Below are positions 1 through 11,996 of a stretch of 64,000 nucleotides of DNA, one piece after another; within the stretch, counting starts at the first letter, position 1, and every line of letters starts with the position of its first letter. Under the pieces are notes generated by a model, which saw only the letters and a list, made by a program, of their open reading frames with translations, ran no database searches and was not told the DNA's origin. The position numbers and the translations under genes are program-made. The DNA comes from Octopus vulgaris. Taxonomy: Eukaryota. The stretch spans positions 66,960,001 to 67,024,000 of the forward strand of contig OX597817.1 of NCBI GenBank assembly GCA_951406725.2. The letters run 5' to 3'.

Positions 1-66
1 AAAACTTAATCCAAAAACATTTAATCATTGAAATGCCTGTCATTATACGAAATCTATATTTTGCAG

Positions 67-114
67 CTTCATATTTCGACATCGATAAAATAATCCCAAC
101 TGAACCACCACGCG
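67..114 (+). CDS. Putative 48-nt symmetric (phase 1-1) micro-exon of an unidentified plus-strand gene; xSYFDIDKIIPTEPPR
   Basis: Acceptor tattttgcag at 57-66 and donor G|gtaagt at 115. Only the phase-1 frame is open. A paralogous exon with conserved splice sites lies at 8857-8907. Confidence 0.55.
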
Positions 115-340
115 GTAAGTTCGATATAAATATTTACGTTATCCTTCAGATATCTTTCGCATTACATTGAATAACATGTTGAAAATTGTTTCAGCTAGGA
201 CAGAAATATTTCGAGCACAATAATTATTCACCCGCTGACAAACACATATTTAATCTAATCCTGATTGTGGACCAAATTTCGATGATAAATGATCAAAATT
301 CATGAGTTGAATACAAAAGTAAAATATGCTACATGTAGAC

Positions 341-1052
341 CATAGGTTCTCAGAGTGGGCGCTACCGCCCCAGCCCTCAGTAGGCGTTGAAACAGTCCAG
401 ATGGGCGCTGGTGCTTAAGGAGGTGGAGGGGTTGGAGTGGTAGAGAAAAAGGAGGCGTTGGGAGGACGGCAGTGGATTGGGGGACGCTATGAATTTAGGA
501 TAGTATTACTCTTTACTCTTTTACTTGTTTCAGTAATTTGACTGTGGCCATGCTAGAGCACCGCTTCTAGTCCAGCAAATCGACCCCAGAACTTATTCTT
601 TGTAAGCCTAGTACTTATTCTATTGGCCTCTTTTGCCGAACCGCGATATTTGGAGGACAAACACAGACACACAAACATATACACACAAACATACATATAT
701 ATACATATATACGACGAGTTTCTTTCAGTTTCCGTCTACCAAATCCACTCACAATGCTTTGGTCGACCCGAAGCTATAGTAGAAGACACTTGACCAAGGT
801 GCCACGCAGTGGGACTGAACCCGGAACCATGTGGTTGGTAAGCAAGCTACTTACCACACAGCCACTCCTACACCTATATTATTATAATATTGTATACAAA
901 ATATATAATATTATATTAAATATCAAATGATTCATAGTATATATAAATTAGTAAAATATAAAATATTTGTTTATACATAAAACTAGGGGTGGGGGCGCAG
1001 GGGGTATCATGTGGCCATGAGGGGGATAGTTCCAAAAGTTTGAGAAACTCTG
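341..1052. mobile_element. hAT/Charlie-like MITE interrupted by a SINE
   Basis: Ends CATAGGTTCTCA...TGAGAAACTCTG are imperfect TIRs. 8-bp TSD atgtagac (333-340) / gtgtagac (1053-1060). Confidence 0.65.
508..875 (-). mobile_element. tRNA-derived SINE, family A
   Basis: Reverse complement of the copies at 38455-38858, 42512-42912 and 61367-61788; tail (GAGTAAAA)n. Confidence 0.85.
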
Positions 1053-2147
1053 GTGTAGACTGTGGCTTCTTCCCACTAGTCTTGCGGGAATATTTGTCAA
1101 ACGTGATCGGGGATAAAAATCCCACAAATGTTCAACTGAATTAATACGTGTGATTCACGATGTATTGACGCAAAAATGTAATCTATCACAGAAGCAGTTG
1201 AGTAAGTTTTGTATGAAAATGGATATATGCAATTGCGTCCTGAGAGAGTATCTTCTGTAGACGTACGGTGTTAAAAATTGCAAAAACGCATCCGTTCCAG
1301 ACGATACATCAGTCCCACTTTGGTTAGTAGAAATGTCCACCGATAATAGCATGCTAAAACAAAATCTACAGTTACTGATAAACTAAGGATTAAAAAATGT
1401 CTTATGTCGCAGTTGACGACAACGTGAATATAAAATTCGTTATGTGCAACGGAAGCAGTATTAATTTGAAATAGCAATTTGTATCACATATGAACAATTA
1501 CATAATTAAAAGACTAATTCAGCGGGAACACTAAAAATCATCATAATCATAACTGGTTTCATCAAAACCAGATAAACACTTCCGTTTTTACAACCATGTA
1601 ACAATTTACAATAATAAAATTTTCATAAATATACGATTTTCACAATGTTGAGATAAATCATGAATGTTAAATTTCCTTCATTGTCATACACTGACAAACC
1701 CCAGGTTCCACATTTAAGTTAGAGATATTAAACATAAGATAAATATAATATCTTATCTTGTAGATATTTTGATATTTTTGAATAATGTGGTTACGGCTGC
1801 GGTATCTGGAATGAAGTCATATATTTTATCATTGAAATAGTTCCCATCATATTAAAATGTCTTGAAAATTGTATCTGATTGAAGGAATAACTGTCTTTGG
1901 CGTAGATGACATTCAGTTAGTGATAAATACATACTTTGAAACTTGATAATGTGCGCGTTCTTTCCAACTCAGTAGAACAAGTTAACAAAACTAAAGAAAT
2001 AGTTAGTTAGTTATGTAGAGGTAACATTGTACATATATTATGAAATGGATGAGCTAATACTTCCGTACATTGCTACAAACATGGCATTATTATTGCTAGA
2101 TTTAGCATTTCTTTGAAGCTATTAAGCACATTATATATGTATATATA

Positions 2148-3358
2148 CAGGGGTTGGACAAAATAATGGAAACACCTAGCATCATAGCATCATAATTTTG
2201 AAATACCTATAAAACCATCAAAAGTTTGTTTATTTTTATGGTTTTTGATTTATTATTAGTGTTGCTTAGTATCTTTTGCTAAAATTGCTGGGTTTTTTTT
2301 CACATATCATTAGGAAAAGGTAATTAAAATTCGTTAAAATGACAGAGGTCAAATTATTGGAGCTCATATGGCAGGCGCTAGCGTTACGAAAACAGCCGAA
2401 ATATTTGGTGTATCAAGAAGTATTGACTAGAAATTAATGGCAGCCTTTGAGAAAGAGGGAAAAACCTCCTCGTCGAAACAAAACTCCGGAAGAAAACCAA
2501 AACTTTCAGATAAGGACCGTCAAACTCTTACGCGAATTGCTAGAAAGGATCGCAAAAGTACAGATCCCAAAATTACTGCAGAGCTTAATGACCACTTCGA
2601 GAACACAGTTTCCACAAAAACTGTTGGCCCGGAACTGCATAAAACCGGATTTCACGGGAGGGCTGCAATCAAAAACAAACGTTGCAAAGCGTTTAGATTG
2701 GACTAAAAACCTACAGAATTGGTTTCCAGAGCAGTGCAAGAATGTTATTTCTCGAACGAGTCAACTTTTACCTTATTTCCGACCACCGGCCGAGTATACG
2801 TTTGGAGACAGTCAAAGGAAGCATTTGACCCAGACTGCCTTCTTCTAACTGTTAAACATGGAAGAGGATCTGTGATGACCAGGGAGGCTATATCTTGGAA
2901 ATCCGACGGCCCAATGATTTCCCTTCATGGCAGAATTAATAGTCAAGACTATTTAAGCCTTTTATCTGATTAAATTTATCCTATGGTTGCGGAACTGTTT
3001 CCGAAGGGAAACAAAATCTTTCAGAATGATAATGCACCAATTCAAACAGCTAAAGTTGTTACTGAATGGCACGAGGAACATTCTAATGAAGTTGAACATC
3101 TTATCTGGCCACCACAGTCCCCAGATTTCATAGAAAAACAAGTAAGGAGTCGATATCTTCTACCATCATCCCTACAAGAACTGGAGACTGTTTTAGCTAA
3201 AGAATGGATAAAAATTCCTTTAGAAACAATTCAAACTTTGTATGAATCCATATATTGTGGAATTCAAGCTGTAATTAGTGCCAAAGGCGGTCCTACCCTA
3301 TATTAAATTAAATTGGTTTGAAATTTTAAGGTCTTTCCATTATTTTGTCCAACACCTG
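2148..3358 (+). mobile_element. Tc1/mariner DNA transposon, near full length, decayed
   Basis: 30-bp TIRs CAGGGGTTGGACAAAATAATGGAAACACCT and the reverse complement of AGGTCTTTCCATTATTTTGTCCAACACCTG. TA TSD at 2146-2147 and 3359-3360. Confidence 0.95.
2339..3306 (+). pseudogene. Tc1-like DDE transposase pseudogene
   Basis: Motifs GRKPKLS, FSNES, TVKHGRGSVM, FQNDNAP, WPPQSPD and AVISAKGGPTLY, broken by stops and frameshifts. Confidence 0.9.
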
Positions 3359-3360
3359 TA

Positions 3361-3417
3361 TGTGTATGTATATATGTGTCTATATATATATGCATATATA
3401 TGTGTATATACATGTAT

Positions 3418-3465
<48 letters not shown>

Positions 3466-3590
3466 TATATGTATATATATATATGCATATATGTATATAT
3501 ATACATATATATAGATATTATATGTGTGTGTGTATATATATATTTATATGCATATATAGATATTTGTATTTATATATGTATGTATATATA

Positions 3591-3652
<62 letters not shown>
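3361..3652. repeat. (TA)n-rich microsatellite
   Basis: Directly visible. Confidence 0.95.
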
Positions 3653-3655
<3 letters not shown>

Positions 3656-3994
3656 AGTTATGTAGAGGTAACATTGCATATATAATGTGCAATGGGTGAT
3701 CTTACATTTCCGTACATTGCTAAGAAATTAGAATTTCTATTGCTAGATCTAGCATTTCTTTGAAGCTATTAAACATTATGTGTATATATATGTTGTTGTA
3801 TTTAGGAATGGTCATTTTGCCAGTTTAGCCAATAAAAACACACGCACTATATATTTGGTGTTAATTTGCTTCAGCTTTATTTATTTTTTACGTTAATCTT
3901 AATCTTATTTCGGTCAGAGTTCTTTCGTCACACTTCTGTGACCTCATCAGTGGTCCATTGCTTTCTTCTTTCTTATTTGTGTTTTATTTTCTTA

Positions 3995-4530
3995 CTAGTG
4001 GCACTTCTTCTTCACACAGCTCTCCTCCTCCAACCGTAGTACATGACCATACCAGCGCAAACGTCTCTCTTGCACGCCACATCCGATGCTTCTTATGTCC
4101 AACATTTCTCTCAAGGCGCTTACACTACGTCGTGTGTGCACACTGACATTAAACATACAGCGGATAATGCTAGCTTCATTTCTTTCGAGTCTACGCATAT
4201 CCTCAGCAGTCATGGCCCATGTTTCACTACCATGAAGCATGGCAGTTCGCACACATGCATCATACAATCTACCTTTCACTCTGAGCGAGAGGCCCTTTGT
4301 CACCAGTAATGGTAGAAGCTTTCTAAACTTAGCCCAGGCTATTCTTATTCTAGTGGCAACACTCTTTGAGCATCCACCTCCACTACTAACTTGGTCACCT
4401 AGGTAGCAGAGCTATCAATTACTTCTAGTTTCTCTCCCGGAATGTGATGGAATCTGTTTTCTTAGCATCTGTGGTGTTTATTGCCCCTGTGCATCTGCCG
4501 CACACGAAAGCTATCTTCCCGGTTAATCTT
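3995..4530 (-). mobile_element. RTE-clade LINE fragment (C-terminal to RT)
   Basis: KGRLYDACVRTAMLHGSETW...RRLRWYGHVLR is a typical RTE C-terminal motif. Confidence 0.85.
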
Positions 4531-5873
4531 CGCTTGTGGGGCGTAGGCAGAGATAATTGTAGCTGTGCTGTTCTGCAGGACTAGCCTGAGCTTAAGCACT
4601 CTATCGCATACCCTGACAACCTCTATAACTTTATCTACCCATTTCTCTACTTTATCTGCCCATTTCTCCGCAAGGAGTATACCTATACCCCTACTTCATC
4701 CATGTTACCTTGCCAAAAGATTTTATACCTATGTGTCTTGCCTGCGAGGACCCTAGCTGAAGCTCCTCTCCACCTTACCTTTTGTATGCAGCATACATCG
4801 ACACATCTCCTTTAAAACATCTCTACAATCTCACTAGACCTACCTTTCAGTGTGCCTACATTGACAGTGCCAACTCTGAAAACTGGGAAAGGAATGTGGG
4901 GTGAGGCTTCGGGAGGAGAAATGTTATTCAGTGCCTGAAAAGAAGAGGGAGGTTGTTGTGTTCGTTTTTTAGGCATGCTTCATCTGTTCTCACTTCCGAC
5001 CTGATATTCAAACATTCAAGCGTGTTAAGATTAAAATTGAGTAGGTGTTAGCGGCATTGTGAGTATTTGTATTATGGTCATCGTAAAGGGAGGGGGTGAT
5101 TTCACTTGATATGTGCATGGAAAATTACTGCGCAGTCGTAATATTTCCAGACGGGATGAAAGCTGGGTAGCTAACCTAGTTGCGTTTTTCTGAGGAGAGA
5201 GTGGGGGTGCAGGTAGTGTAGAGAACAGCACCAGTGAGGAGGTGAGATTGAGAGAAGAGTCATCTGGTAATGGTGGTGACAAATTTCTTGACAGAACGAA
5301 ACGAAAGATAGCCGGTAAGTAGGTGGGCAACTGAGCTAGTTGCATTTGTCCCAGGAGAGAGAGAGGAAGAGTGCAGGTAATATATAGAGAACATCCCAGT
5401 GAGGAGGAGCAGTGGAGAGAAGAGACATCAGGTAATGATGGTTGGAGGAGAGGGAGAGATATCCGGTGTAGATGATGAAAAGATGGAGATAAAGATCGAG
5501 GTATCCGATATTGGTGATGGGGGCGAGACAAGGTGGGCGCACAGCGAACAAGCAAATTTAAATTGATGAGATGGTACGAGGAGCGACAGTAGCAGGTGTA
5601 ATTAGAATAGTATACATTGATAATGTTCATGGCAGATGAGAAATTAAACTAGAGAAACGAGAAATAAGAAATTAAACAGGCCAAGAAACGAATAATTATC
5701 CTAATTCAATAAGCTCCTGAGAAAATTAGCTGTTAGTAAACAATACATTTAAAGGGATAATGGCGAATGAATGTATGAAAGATCGAAAAAACGAGTCTTA
5801 GCTTAGCAATGCATAATCATCATTTAGCGACTGGGCAAGAATAGTGAGAGAATTATGCATGTATATATGTATA

Positions 5874-5904
<31 letters not shown>

Positions 5905-5912
5905 GGGAGTTC

Positions 5913-5964
5913 TGAGCTGATGATAGAAATGTCTTTTTGACTAATCTTGAAACGTACGTTCTCA
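5913..5964 (+). ncRNA. Minimal type I hammerhead ribozyme-like motif (stem II degenerate)
   Basis: TGAG-CTGATGA-(stem II)-GAAAC-GTAC-GTT-CTCA. Stem I is TGAG/CTCA; stem III is the palindrome AACGTACGTT. Confidence 0.55.
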
Positions 5965-6237
5965 AATAACCTTTGCATTTGATTTTTTAATGTTTCTACC
6001 CTCATACTTTCGTGAGTTGAATTGAGCAAACACTATAGAGATTTTCTTTAAGTATTGGAAATAGTTTTAAAAAGTTTTTTTAGCTGCTATTTCTAATGAG
6101 TTCAGTATGCGGCAAAGTAATTTATTTTACTAAGCCCTTTATATAATGTAATAATTTGAATTCGCCTTAAATGGTCCCTTTGCATACTGAATACTTGGTG
6201 AAATTGATTAATTAATTAATTTTACCCTCAATTATTG

Positions 6238-6299
<62 letters not shown>

Positions 6300-6301
<2 letters not shown>

Positions 6302-8000
6302 AATAAAAGAATGGAGTCGAACGAGGATTTTAACACAATTCCTTTAATTTCAACACATGTTTCGAAGACTGCATATTTTTATTCTGAAGGAATAAGGTGC
6401 ATTATGCCGTCTTCTCATCAGGAAAGTCAAGGAAAATCAATCAGCCTCAAGACGGACAAAAACTTTTCTATGGCTTGCTACATATTGACCACAGTGATAA
6501 TGAGTGATTTTAAAAATCCGTTAAAAGCAATGACGTCAAAATTGTTTGGAAGAGGAATTTATGAAAATAAGAAGGGGACAGTATGCATGCTGTATGAATA
6601 TGGATGCGGGGGTGTTTGCTCTGGTTAATAAGTTTATTGCTTATGTGTGTGTATGAGTGTGTGTATATAACTGCATTTATGTCTATGTATGTATATGTGT
6701 GTAGACATGTATAGGTAGGGGCCGGTTGTCAGATAAATATAGCAGTAAAGCGAGAAATTTGTGTCTGTGTGTTTGATTAAGCGTATGACAGAGACAGATA
6801 AGTAGAAAGAGAGAGGGAAAGGTAGAGAGGAAGGGATGAACATACGCCAGTGACATATAGTATCATTGTTTTATGTAACGGATTAGACGTAAAAGGGACG
6901 TGAAATTAAATACTAAAACAGAGAAGTTATCAATATTAATTATCATTTGTTGAATGAAAAGTATGTTTTTGCCAGTGCATACATTTATAGGATTTTTCTG
7001 TTAACGTGTTAACTAAATGGAACTTGGCGAAAATTATATGGTAGAGCTCGGAAATACAAATTCCGCAAAATTTCCTGCCCTTATCAAAAGGAAAGGATAC
7101 AGACAATATGGACCAATCCAGCTTAAAAGTTATATTATTGTCCTTAAGACGCCAAACTAATTTACTTAGTCCTGTGCTCTGTTGTTTTCTCTTATCTCGG
7201 AACGTTGAATAATGATTTGAAATTCTCTCTGATAATTTGGAAGTTGTTGCCCCAATATAAAAGAAGACATCGGTACCGGTAGAAATTCTACATTGGTAAA
7301 TTGTATTCTTAATTTTGGAGTTACTGGACAAGAACCTTAATCTGTTAGGATTTCCTTCAGAGATTGAGACTGAATTATTAATGATATGATTGCTGTTAAT
7401 ATTACTGTTAGTTTTAACCCGTACATTATTTATATTATTATTATCATTATTATCATTAATATTAATAGCATTACAACCGGCAATATTCCTGGCAATAGAA
7501 ATATTGTTGTTGATACCATTATCAGCCCGACTAGTGCTATTATTAATACTATCATTGCCTACACTAACGTTACTACGAATGTTGCTACTATCAATACTAT
7601 TTCTATTAATATTATTGTATGTTTGGTTGGAATCGATAAAAATAGTGTTGGATCTTCCGGGTGAAGGATCTCTGTTTAGCAGCTTGTTATTATGAGAAGC
7701 GATAATTTGTGAAAGATTTCTAGTGTTAGAGAATGCAATTCTCACCTTATGTGAATTTATAATAGAATAATACCTAGCCACTGCTTCACGGAACTGTAAG
7801 GGAAGGTTCGATTTGATTTGTTTTCCGAAAGGTATAACAAACCAGATATAGTTTTTTGTAGATTTAGAATTGCTCACCGTGTTATTTTTCACAGTAAAGG
7901 GAAATTTTCTATGGTGTGAATTTGGGGTTGGGTGTTGATTGCAACCCCAGGTCCATAAGTTATTAATCTTATGTACGTCGGCACCTCTGTACATAAGTAA
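6300..8000 (-). mobile_element. Penelope-like element, 5'-truncated (RT thumb, Asn-rich linker, GIY-YIG endonuclease, pLTR)
   Basis: ORF 6936-7994 contains NTIYQCRI...FFYIGAT...LSERISNH (GIY-YIG). A hammerhead lies in the downstream terminal region. Confidence 0.85.
6348..6425 (-). ncRNA. Minimal type I hammerhead ribozyme of a Penelope pLTR
   Basis: Minus strand reads TTTC-CTGATGA-GAAGAC...GTCTTC-GAAAC-ATGT-GTT-GAAA: intact core, 4-bp stem I, 6-bp stem II. Confidence 0.75.
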
Positions 8001-8170
8001 AGGTACTTAAAGTTACAGCTTTGCTCTATAAATTCATTGTACCATATTTTTTTATCGAATGACATATTACAGGCTTTTGAACAGAGTCATCATTAGATGG
8101 CTTCACAACCTGAGAACACCACCATCTAAAAGTGCTTCATATCAAATCCTGTAAGCTCTCTTTTTTTCAG

Positions 8171-8224
8171 CTCCGTCTTCCTTCGAGGATGTTAGTACCG
8201 TTGCTACTTCTGAAACTACACAAT
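8171..8224 (+). CDS. Putative 54-nt symmetric micro-exon; xPSSFEDVSTVATSETTQ in phase 1 (Ser/Thr-rich)
   Basis: Strong acceptor ctctctttttttcag, donor T|gtaagt, length a multiple of 3. Confidence 0.5.
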
Positions 8225-8856
8225 GTAAGTTGATATACACTCCGTGTGTACGCAATAACTTACATAGCTGAACCACTGTTCATTTCGACAGCAACTCTTC
8301 GCAGTTTAATTTGCACTATGACAAAGTTCTTATAGCTAGTGATTATCATGTCGCACGAAGAGACCCTTCAAGTGGTTTTTTCCCGATGTGTACTGAACTC
8401 CTGTACACCTACCCTGTGGGGAAATCTGTGTCATTATCGCATATAAAATATTCCTCATATGCAAATGATGTAATTAATGTATTTCTCAGTCCAATGTCTA
8501 AAATCTTCGTTTTGCTACAGAGCAATTTGAATAAGTCTTGTATGAAAGTTGATTGAGAAGATTAAATCAACTACAGTACATTATTTGTAAATCGTTTGCT
8601 GAAAACGGAATGAAAGGCAAATATAGTTGGATTCAGGCAGCACTGAACTCATTCAGACCTTATAGTTGTTCTAAATCATCACTCTTATAATATTCCTTGT
8701 TCGTTTTAAGAAGATATGATACAAACTTTAGATTTTACGGCAAATATGTGAAAACTTATTGTGAGAAATCTATAAATAAATAGATGATCCTTTCAAAAAA
8801 CTTTATCCAAAAACATTTAATCATTGACATGCTTATATAAAATCTATATTTTGCAG

Positions 8857-8907
8857 AGCTAATTTTCCACGGCTTCAAGAACATTTCGTCAACTGAAGAA
8901 CCACCGG
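8857..8907 (+). CDS. Putative 51-nt symmetric micro-exon; xLIFHGFKNISSTEEPP, paralogue of 67-114
   Basis: tattttgcag| ... G|gtaagt. Only the phase-1 frame is open. It lies in a duplicated block (1-330 vs ~8797-9120). Confidence 0.55.
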
Positions 8908-9394
8908 GTAAGTTCTATATAGATTTTTACGTTGTCTTTGAAATATTTTTCGCATCACATTGAATAACATATTGGAAATTGTTTCAACTAGGACAGAGGT
9001 ATTTCTAGCGAAATAGTCATTCATCCATTGTCAAATATATACTTTATCTTTTCCCGATTGTGGACCTGTTTTCCATGATAAATTATCAAAATTCATGAAT
9101 GGAATGTAAAAGTATTATGTTAAGGAAGTATACGTCACATTGCAGTTTATTGTTGGAGCGAAGAAATGATAGCTTCTGTTTTACGAATTTAGCATCTTGA
9201 ATGCTTAGCACATTTTGCTAACACACACACACATACACACTCATATACACCAGGCTTATTTCTGTTCCTGTCTACCAAATCTACTCACAAGGTTTTTGTC
9301 GATCTGAAGCTATAATAGAAGTCATCTGCTCAAGGCACGAAGCAGTGGGACTGAACCCAGAGTCATGTCGTTAAAAAACAGACTTATAATATAC

Positions 9395-10020
9395 TTTTTA
9401 CTCTAGGCACAAGGCCCGAAACTTTTGGGGAGTGGTCCAGTCGATTAAATCGACCCAGTACGCAACTGGTTCTTAATTTATCGACCCCGAAAGGATGAAA
9501 AGCAAAGTCGACCTCGGCGGAATATGAACTCGGAACGTAAAGACAGACGAAATACCTATTTCTATTTCTTTACTACCCACAAGGGGTTAAACACAGAGGA
9601 GACAAACAAGTACAGAAAGACGGATTAAGTCGATTACATCGATCCCAGTATGCAACTGGTACTTAATTTATCGACCCCGAAAGGATGAAAGGCAAAGTCG
9701 ACCTCGGCGGAATTTGAACTCAGAACGTAACGGCAGACGAAATACCTATTTCTTTACTACCCACAAAGGGCTAAACACAGAGAGGACAAACAAGGACAGA
9801 CAAACGCATTAAGTCGATTATATCGACATCAGTGCGTAACTGGTACTTATTTAATCGACCTCGGAAGTATGAAAGGCAAAGTCGACCTCTGAGTTCAAGG
9901 TTGACTTTGCCTTTCATCCTTTCGGGGTCGATAAAATAAGTACCAGTTGAGCACTAGGGTCGATGTAATTGACTTTTTCCCTCCCCCGAACTTGCTGGCC
10001 ATGTGCCAAAATTTGAAACC
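9395..10020. mobile_element. Cluster of SINE family B: three tandem minus-strand units plus a plus-strand partial copy
   Basis: Repeated core GTCGACTTTGCCTTTCATCCTTTCGGGGTCGATAAA..AAGTACCAG, resembling the Meta/MESC SINE core (from memory). Confidence 0.85.
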
Positions 10021-10056
10021 AATCTTAATATCTGTCTCTTTTTTTCATTGTAACAG

Positions 10057-10107
10057 ATCAATTGAAGAAAACCGTACTAATGACGTATTTGATTAATCAT
10101 ATTCCTC
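10057..10107 (+). CDS. Putative 51-nt symmetric micro-exon; xQLKKTVLMTYLINHIP
   Basis: Acceptor tctctttttttcattgtaacag, donor C|gtaagt. Only the phase-1 frame is open. Confidence 0.5.
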
Positions 10108-11996
10108 GTAAGTTTAATGGTTATAAATATATCCACTTTTCATGTTCTTCGTCCTTCTTAATGTTGCTGTTATTGATAATGTAGATGACTTGAACTTCTC
10201 ATTGTTATTGTCTACATTTTTTATGGTGTTGTTGCTGATAAAAACAAAAGCTTATGATAAAAGGCATTCCTGCATGACCACTCATGTAATTTCATATATG
10301 TAGGAAACCGAAGATCACATTATTTTAGTCTTCTTTTTAAAACAAAGTGTAATAAGAGGGGAATTTTGCTGTTATTTCTAGCAGCTAGAGTGATCATATA
10401 GAAACTCACGTATAATCTCGTTGTTGTTATTGTAAGGGAACTGCAAAAACACTGGTAGATACGAAAGGAATTCTGTTAGGATTATTTTCTTGTATTCTTG
10501 AGAAAAGCGAGACAAGTGGGTTTGTTGATTAACATTACATTGCGTGTGATCAAAGACATTCCAGCAACGGCCACCCTCTCTTTTTACAGCATAGCGTACC
10601 CTGAGTACATTATCCAATATGTTCATTTTTAAAGATTATAGGGTATGCTATGAAATAGATTTTGACTGCTAGTATTAGCAATTAGAGCAACTATGTAGAT
10701 TTTCACTTGTTAGCTTGCATAGATTTAAAAAGTGGTATTAATTATTATTCTGTGAAGAAGAATAAAAGGCAAGTGTTTTCGTCTCTGTCCGCTATTCGTC
10801 CCGTCTTGAGTTGCAAGGCCTTATATTATATATTACTTTGTTTGCATAATGTATATTTATTTCATTTTTATTTCTATGTTCACATTCTGTCGTGTTTGGT
10901 CTGTTGTTTACTCGCTATTTCACCGCAGCTTCTCGTCGCTGACGCCACCAAAGGGGAACGATGTCGTTAAAGGCGTAAAATTATGATCCTTTGGATGATA
11001 ACTGATGGGGATTTAGTGACATTCTATGTCTGTATTTTCCGGTCGTTCCATTTGTTTGTACTTTTATACAAATTTTGAATGTATTATACACACACACAAT
11101 TCGATGCATTTTAAATACAGTTACTATTCGTTACTAAACATTAAACACAATATCATCGTAAATACTGCTATCCTATCTATGTTTATGTGTAGTGAAAAAC
11201 TGACCCCATCTCATTCATGAACCGGACGACAAAAGTATATTGTTTGATTATATATAACATGCAGCTTTATAATTAAATATTATTATACACAAAATGAAAG
11301 TGAAGCAAAACAAGCCGATAAACAATGTAATCTTCGTATTACTTATGTTAAAGCAATAGGTATACATTCACAAAAGTGAATGTTTCCTCGTAACTTCCAG
11401 AAAAAGAGGATATCTTAAAAATGAGATTGTCTACAAATAGACTTCATGTAGTGTAGATTCCAATTATATTGGAATTTGCTGTGAATAAAAAATTTCGAGG
11501 CAACAATGACCTTCACATTAGTATTTCCAATTACAAAATTTTGATCGGTATAACTTTATCGAATATGGAGTTTGGGACAAAAAGTTTCCGATCAGACAGG
11601 TAACGTATACTTTTAAAAACTGTTAAATGAGAACAGAGGAGAAATGATAATACACTGTAAAGACACTAATTTCTAATCAATGGTTAAAGAGTAATGGTTT
11701 AGCCTTGTGTCCAAGGATAAAAAAAAACAAGGAAAATTCTCTTCTATCTACAAAAATATCAATAGCTAAGCTAACTTGGAGTTTTTGTGGCGTTAAGACT
11801 ATTGTTATGTACCAAACAGTATTTTCTTTTAATCTGCATACTTAAAAAGGACTTGAACCAAAGATATCAGTTTTATAAATTTAGCTTTTTTTTTACATCT
11901 AAGAATAAAATCTGTAGCTAATAATAATTCCCCCTCCTTGTATCTCCTCTGTCTGACTCTTTCTCATTTTCATACTGGTTTCATTTCTATTTACAG

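Noticed and set aside
3278-3657. Long YI/IY/CV-rich ORFs here and at 27275-27861, 31448-31830, 40477-41356 and 42608-43873
   Set aside because: They are translations of TA/CA microsatellites, which lack stop codons by composition.
3900-3960. Minus-strand CTGATGA-GGTCA...TGACC-GAAA hammerhead-like motif
   Set aside because: The core and stem II are present, but no stem I pairing or clear NUH site could be formed.
5031-5630. 199-aa minus ORF
   Set aside because: S/L/P/H-rich with no recognisable domain; probably a decayed retroelement segment that could not be assigned.
9395-9890. Regularly repeated units resembling a CRISPR array
   Set aside because: The units are ~180-bp SINE bodies without unique spacers; the context is eukaryotic and there are no cas genes.
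11522-11599. 78-nt AG..GT candidate exon YFQLQNFDRYNFIEYGVWDKKFPIRQ
   Set aside because: Open in phase 0 but stopped in phase 1, so incompatible with the neighbouring exons; weak acceptor.
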